Shown here: in pieces, positions 61,301 through 64,000 of the stretch | Layout: each line of letters starts with the position of its first letter | Position numbering within the stretch: the stretch's first letter is position 1 | From: Podarcis melisellensis | Taxonomy: Eukaryota | Reading direction: 5' to 3' (one strand) | Assembly: GCA_964234715.1 (NCBI GenBank) | Contig: OZ174275.1 | Length of the DNA stretch: 64,000 nt | Program-made: the position numbers and the translations under genes | The notes under the pieces: generated by a model | Databases searched by the model: none | What the model saw: only the letters and a program-made list of their open reading frames with translations | Told to the model about the DNA's origin: nothing

Positions 61301-63553
61301 TTTACTAGCTTTTTAAAGTTATATTTTAATTTTTCTTAGATCTACAAGTGAGCACAGATTTTCTTGACCCATTTCAGAACAAGGCTCTTGTGCCTTGTAG
61401 CTTTTTTGAACGGGGAAAGTTGTCAAGAGCTGTAGAGTCTTCTAATGTGCAAGCATTATGAAGAGAGAATCTGTAACTATGAAACTTTCCTCTCTACTCC
61501 ATTTAAAACTCACACATAAAGGTCCAGAATTCCTATCCTCGTGTGTCTGGTGGCAAAGTGGGTACCAAACAGTTGGTGTCAGATTGGCTGGTACATGCAG
61601 GAATTTTATGAGACGCTAATGGTTATGGGGAAACCAGGCCTAGGTATGTTTTGGAAGGGATCCCTGAGGCAAGGATGCTCATTGGCCTCTCTGTTGGGTA
61701 AGGTGCCATGCATTTAAGTAGAGATTATTGGCCCGAATTGTATTTTCAGTTGTGGTGGGTGGGATTTCATAAAGCAGCAGACTCCTTTTCATTAAATAAA
61801 TTCTGCCACATTCAAAAACTTGGTCTACTGGTGAGCAGCTAATCTGAAACTGTGTAGTTACAGGGAGTGAGTGGTGCTGCTTCAGCCAGCCAAGTTTTGT
61901 ACATGCATTGGGGGTTAATACATAGAGGCTGGGAAAATAAGAACATCTCTTTCATCTCTAGGTCCTGCCCCACTGCCCCTCACTCCAGTCATGAACTCTG
62001 TGCAGGTAAGGATGCTCTCCTCTGCCACCTTCCGTCTGCGAGGCCTCCTATCTGTGTTCTGCTTTTTGCCTCCTTGGAGTTGACAGGCGGCGTATTTTTC
62101 TATCTTTCTGTTTGGCTGCTCTCTCTTTCTCTCAACCCTGCTTTTCCTCTTCCACAGGTGTGTGGCTTCCCAAAGCCCCCTGCGAATATGCTGAACTCAT
62201 TCTCGGCAACGGTGAAGTCTCCTCCGCTTGCCTCTGCTGCTGCTTCCCCTGACACTGGTAAGCTGGCTCAGGAGGGTGCAAAGTCACTTGGCCTCTCTTC
62301 TTAGCAATACCTCATCCACTTTCACTGGATTGGTCTATATGCCGTGCCAAAGTAGAAATTGAATACACACCTTAAGAGGAACTCACCTACCACAGTATTT
62401 TTGGGATTATTTCAGGTGCCAAAACCAAGGAGAGAGCTGAGGACAACACTCTCTGCAAACCCCAGGAAGTGGACAAATGCTGTACTGCCAAGGTAATAAG
62501 GATACCCACACCACTGTACCCCATCTTGTTGGCTTGAGCATTGTGGGAGAAGGCATCTTTTCTCAAAGACGATAGCCAAAGGGGTAGTCACCTGGCAGTG
62601 TCTCAAATCATGGCTTGATTGGCTCTTGCAGGGAAGTCGCAGATCAACACTTACCTCGGCTGACTATGCCCGCCGTAGGGTCATCAGCTCCGGCTTCAAC
62701 ACTCTTGCCACTCTGGTGTTGACAGGACCTGATCAAAGCAGCACTAAGGTACGCATCCCCCACTGTACCAGAGGGTGGAAGGGCACATATTCTTTGCTGT
62801 TTGTCCAGTCCTCCCAATTTGCTTTGTGAACCTGCTGGAGCCATTCTTGTGGTCTTTGCCTTCCCAATCCATTTTACACCTTTACTCTACCCCCTCACCT
62901 CCCCAGTTCAGCAAAGCGATGCTCCTGCAGAAAAGTGCGGCACATGTGGAAAGACTGCAGCAAGAGCGCCGACAAGCTCAGGAGACAGTTGAAAGACTAC
63001 GTGGGGAAATCAAAGAGCTGAGCACTGCCATTGAGTGAGTTGCGGGGCTGGCTTAAGGGGTTTTCATTGGATCAGGGATACAAGTTAAAAGGTGAGAGGG
63101 GAACTCCTGTCAACAAGTTGTGGCTTTTCTCTTCCCTGCAGTGACTTTCAGCGCCAGCTTCCACCTACGGGAGCTCCTGTGCTGCCACCACAGTCAGATC
63201 AGGCTTCTCAACTCTATGAAGAGTATGTGCGCAAGCGCACCCTGCAGGACTGGCGCTTCTGGCTTGTATCCACCAGCGAGCATGTGGGATGGGATGGGAC
63301 AGGTTAGGGTGCAAGAAAGCAAGCCAGGGGAGGCATTTGGCATGGCATTAGTGGCCTGCTGGGTGCTTAAGGGGAGCAGGGAGACTTGGCTGCATAGGCT
63401 CCTTAACCTCTTCCAACCTGCAGTTCAGCATGGTGATTAAGCCACTCTTTGAGAGCTACACCAGGACAGTGAGCACAGGCAATGTCAAGGAATTCTGCGA
63501 CTCAGTGTTGAGCTGGTTGGAGCAGCACTGCACCCTGCCCATCTTGCGCCCTG
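51803..63553 (+). CDS. Mondo-family (MLXIP/MondoA - MLXIPL/ChREBP-like) bHLH-ZIP protein, probable third paralog; 16 exons seen (about 718 codons), final exon beyond the window
   Basis: join(51803-52185,56143-56249,56654-56736,56837-56926,57528-57569,57744-57897,58139-58231,59432-59469,59710-60154,61962-62005,62158-62257,62416-62492,62632-62748,62907-63034,63142-63265,63424-63553), open throughout. MCR1 QIIHSGHFMVS, MCR2 IDPSLTKLFECMTLAY, MCR3 KLVSPKWK..RDKIRLNNAIWRAWY, MCR4 EGKYWKR..IREYHKWR, MCR5 GNADMIQP, bHLH-ZIP, and DCD/WMC FWLFSMVIKPLFESY..WLEQHCTLPILRP. The start could instead be the ATG at 51851. Confidence 0.92.
56143..56249 (+). CDS. Mondo-like exon 2 (MCR3, 14-3-3-binding helix)
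   Basis: SEKLVSPKWKTFKGLKLLQRDKIRLNNAIWRAWYLQ|gtaagt. Confidence 0.93.
56654..56736 (+). CDS. Mondo-like exon 3
   Basis: YVEKRQNPVCSFVTPLECSDVDVHRKPE|gtgagc. Confidence 0.92.
56837..56926 (+). CDS. Mondo-like exon 4 (MCR4)
   Basis: AVIMEGKYWKRQIGVVIREYHKWRLFSYTQ|gtaagg. Confidence 0.92.
57528..57569 (+). CDS. Mondo-like exon 5 (small)
   Basis: ttttatag|ASKKMDKPVYGSAQ|gtgcta; 42 nt, phase 0/0, position matches the small exon 5 of Mondo genes. Confidence 0.65.
57744..57897 (+). CDS. Mondo-like exon 6 (MCR6 region)
   Basis: EVADDV...PMDLDPLHDLDALLDTFISSRNPYGGPNLRGL|gtgaga. Confidence 0.8.
58139..58231 (+). CDS. Mondo-like exon 7 (MCR5)
   Basis: AHQGNADMIQPTLTQLHPIFGEEFMDLDPIQ|gtaaca. Confidence 0.9.
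59432..59469 (+). CDS. Mondo-like exon 8 (small)
   Basis: tttcacag|EFINSCRSQPMNQ|gtaagg; required to convert phase 1 to 0. Confidence 0.75.
59710..60154 (+). CDS. Mondo-like exon 9 (proline-rich region)
   Basis: APAVTDT...FSVITHT...QRIAPAP...CLLAT|gtatgt. Confidence 0.82.
60505..60857. mobile_element. Tigger/pogo-like MITE with TA TSD and a probable nested retroposon 3' tail (about 60590-60700)
   Basis: TIRs CAGTGGTACCTCGATTTTCGAA / TTCAAAAACCAAGGTACCACTG with TA on both sides; repeated ttcgaaaaccga units; internal AT-rich ...tgtaagccgccttgagc..gaaaggtggcatacaaat segment. Confidence 0.8.
61962..62005 (+). CDS. Mondo-like exon 10 (small)
   Basis: tctctag|GPAPLPLTPVMNSVQ|gtaagg; phase 1 to 0. 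Confidence 0.7.
62158..62257 (+). CDS. Mondo-like exon 11
   Basis: Long pyrimidine tract, ccacag|VCGFPKPPANML...SPDT|gtaagc. Confidence 0.75.
62416..62492 (+). CDS. Mondo-like exon 12
   Basis: tttcag|GAKTKERAEDNTLCKPQEVDKCCTAK|gtaata; phase 1 to 0. Confidence 0.7.
62632..62748 (+). CDS. Mondo-like exon 13 (degenerate basic region, helix 1, loop)
   Basis: GSRRSTLTSADYARRRVISSGFNTLATLVLTGPDQSSTK|gtacgc. Confidence 0.88.
62907..63034 (+). CDS. Mondo-like exon 14 (helix 2 and leucine zipper)
   Basis: FSKAMLLQKSAAHVERLQQERRQAQETVERLRGEIKELSTAI|gtgagt. Confidence 0.92.
63142..63265 (+). CDS. Mondo-like exon 15 (start of DCD/WMC)
   Basis: DFQRQLPPTGAPV...YEEYVRKRTLQDWRFWL|gtatcc. Confidence 0.92.
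63266..63423 (+). other. U12-type (minor spliceosome) GT-AG intron
   Basis: 5' splice site GTATCC; perfect U12 branch site TCCTTAAC at 63400-63407, 16 nt before the end of the intron. Confidence 0.8.
63424..63553 (+). CDS. Mondo-like exon 16 (DCD/WMC)
   Basis: FSMVIKPLFESYTRTVST...WLEQHCTLPILRP|gtatgg. Confidence 0.92.
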
Positions 63554-64000
63554 GTATGGATCAACAAGGAAATCTAGAAATGTCTTTCCCTTCACTGACC
63601 CATCTCTCTCCCCCCCCCCCCATGGCTTTCAATGATCCTTGCCTACCTTCTGCTCTGAAATCTAGCACGTGCTTGTGTATCATTCACCCATCCTACTCCT
63701 GCTTGAAGTACTCTTACGTTCACACGTAACTAAGAGAGTGGAGCAGAACCATGGCTTACCAATTATACTCCACATTCCTGATTCCCTTTTCATGCCTTGC
63801 TAAGTTACTAGACACAGTTGCCCATCACTATGATCCTTTCCTTGCCCTGAAGCAAGATTATTGGGCACTGCCTTAAAGCAAGGCCCAGATGTGACCTTAG
63901 GAGTTACCTGGCTTTGTGGTGTTTAGGAAAAAAAACTAGCTGGAGATGCCAGCTGTTCTCAAAAGTCTTCTATTCCTGATACTTCCAGAAGACTTGAAAG

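Noticed and set aside
51803-63553. Calling the gene MLXIP or MLXIPL
   Set aside because: Synteny does not match either human locus and the bHLH is far more diverged than expected for an ortholog; symbol withheld pending phylogeny.
51803-63553. Pseudogene interpretation of the Mondo-like gene
   Set aside because: All 16 exons splice in frame with canonical sites and no stops, MCR1-3 and the DCD are strongly conserved, and the CpG promoter is intact.
1-64000. CRISPR arrays, rRNA, prokaryotic or viral systems
   Set aside because: None seen; the window is intron-rich vertebrate DNA with no regularly spaced repeat-spacer structure.

Overview
Vertebrate genomic DNA, most likely a squamate lizard (the SINE, CR1 and Penelope repertoire looks lacertid-like; this is inference). 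Four + strand spliced genes lie in tandem: (1) the last coding exon and 3'UTR of GRK2/ADRBK1; (2) complete ANKRD13D (15 coding exons, 637 aa by my manual splice); (3) complete SSH3 slingshot phosphatase (14 coding exons, 767 aa); (4) 16 exons of an intact Mondo-family (MLXIP/MondoA - MLXIPL/ChREBP-like) bHLH-ZIP gene that runs off the right edge. GRK2-ANKRD13D-SSH3 is the human 11q13 gene order, and neither human MLXIP (12q24) nor MLXIPL (7q11) lies there, so gene 4 looks like a third Mondo paralog. It keeps the N-terminal glucose-sensing regions MCR1-5, the zipper and the Mlx-binding DCD/WMC domain. Its basic region has lost the canonical E-box-reading His and Glu (RRSTLTSADYARR versus RRITHISAEQKRR), and MCR6 is eroded. 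This makes it a candidate non-E-box-binding, nutrient-responsive Mlx sequester (Id-like); the function is inferred, not shown. Introns carry L1, L2, CR1, Penelope, SINE, hAT and Tc1/pogo MITE fragments. All exon coordinates were read by hand from GT/AG sites and frame continuity. Reference protein sequences are quoted from memory and should be re-aligned.
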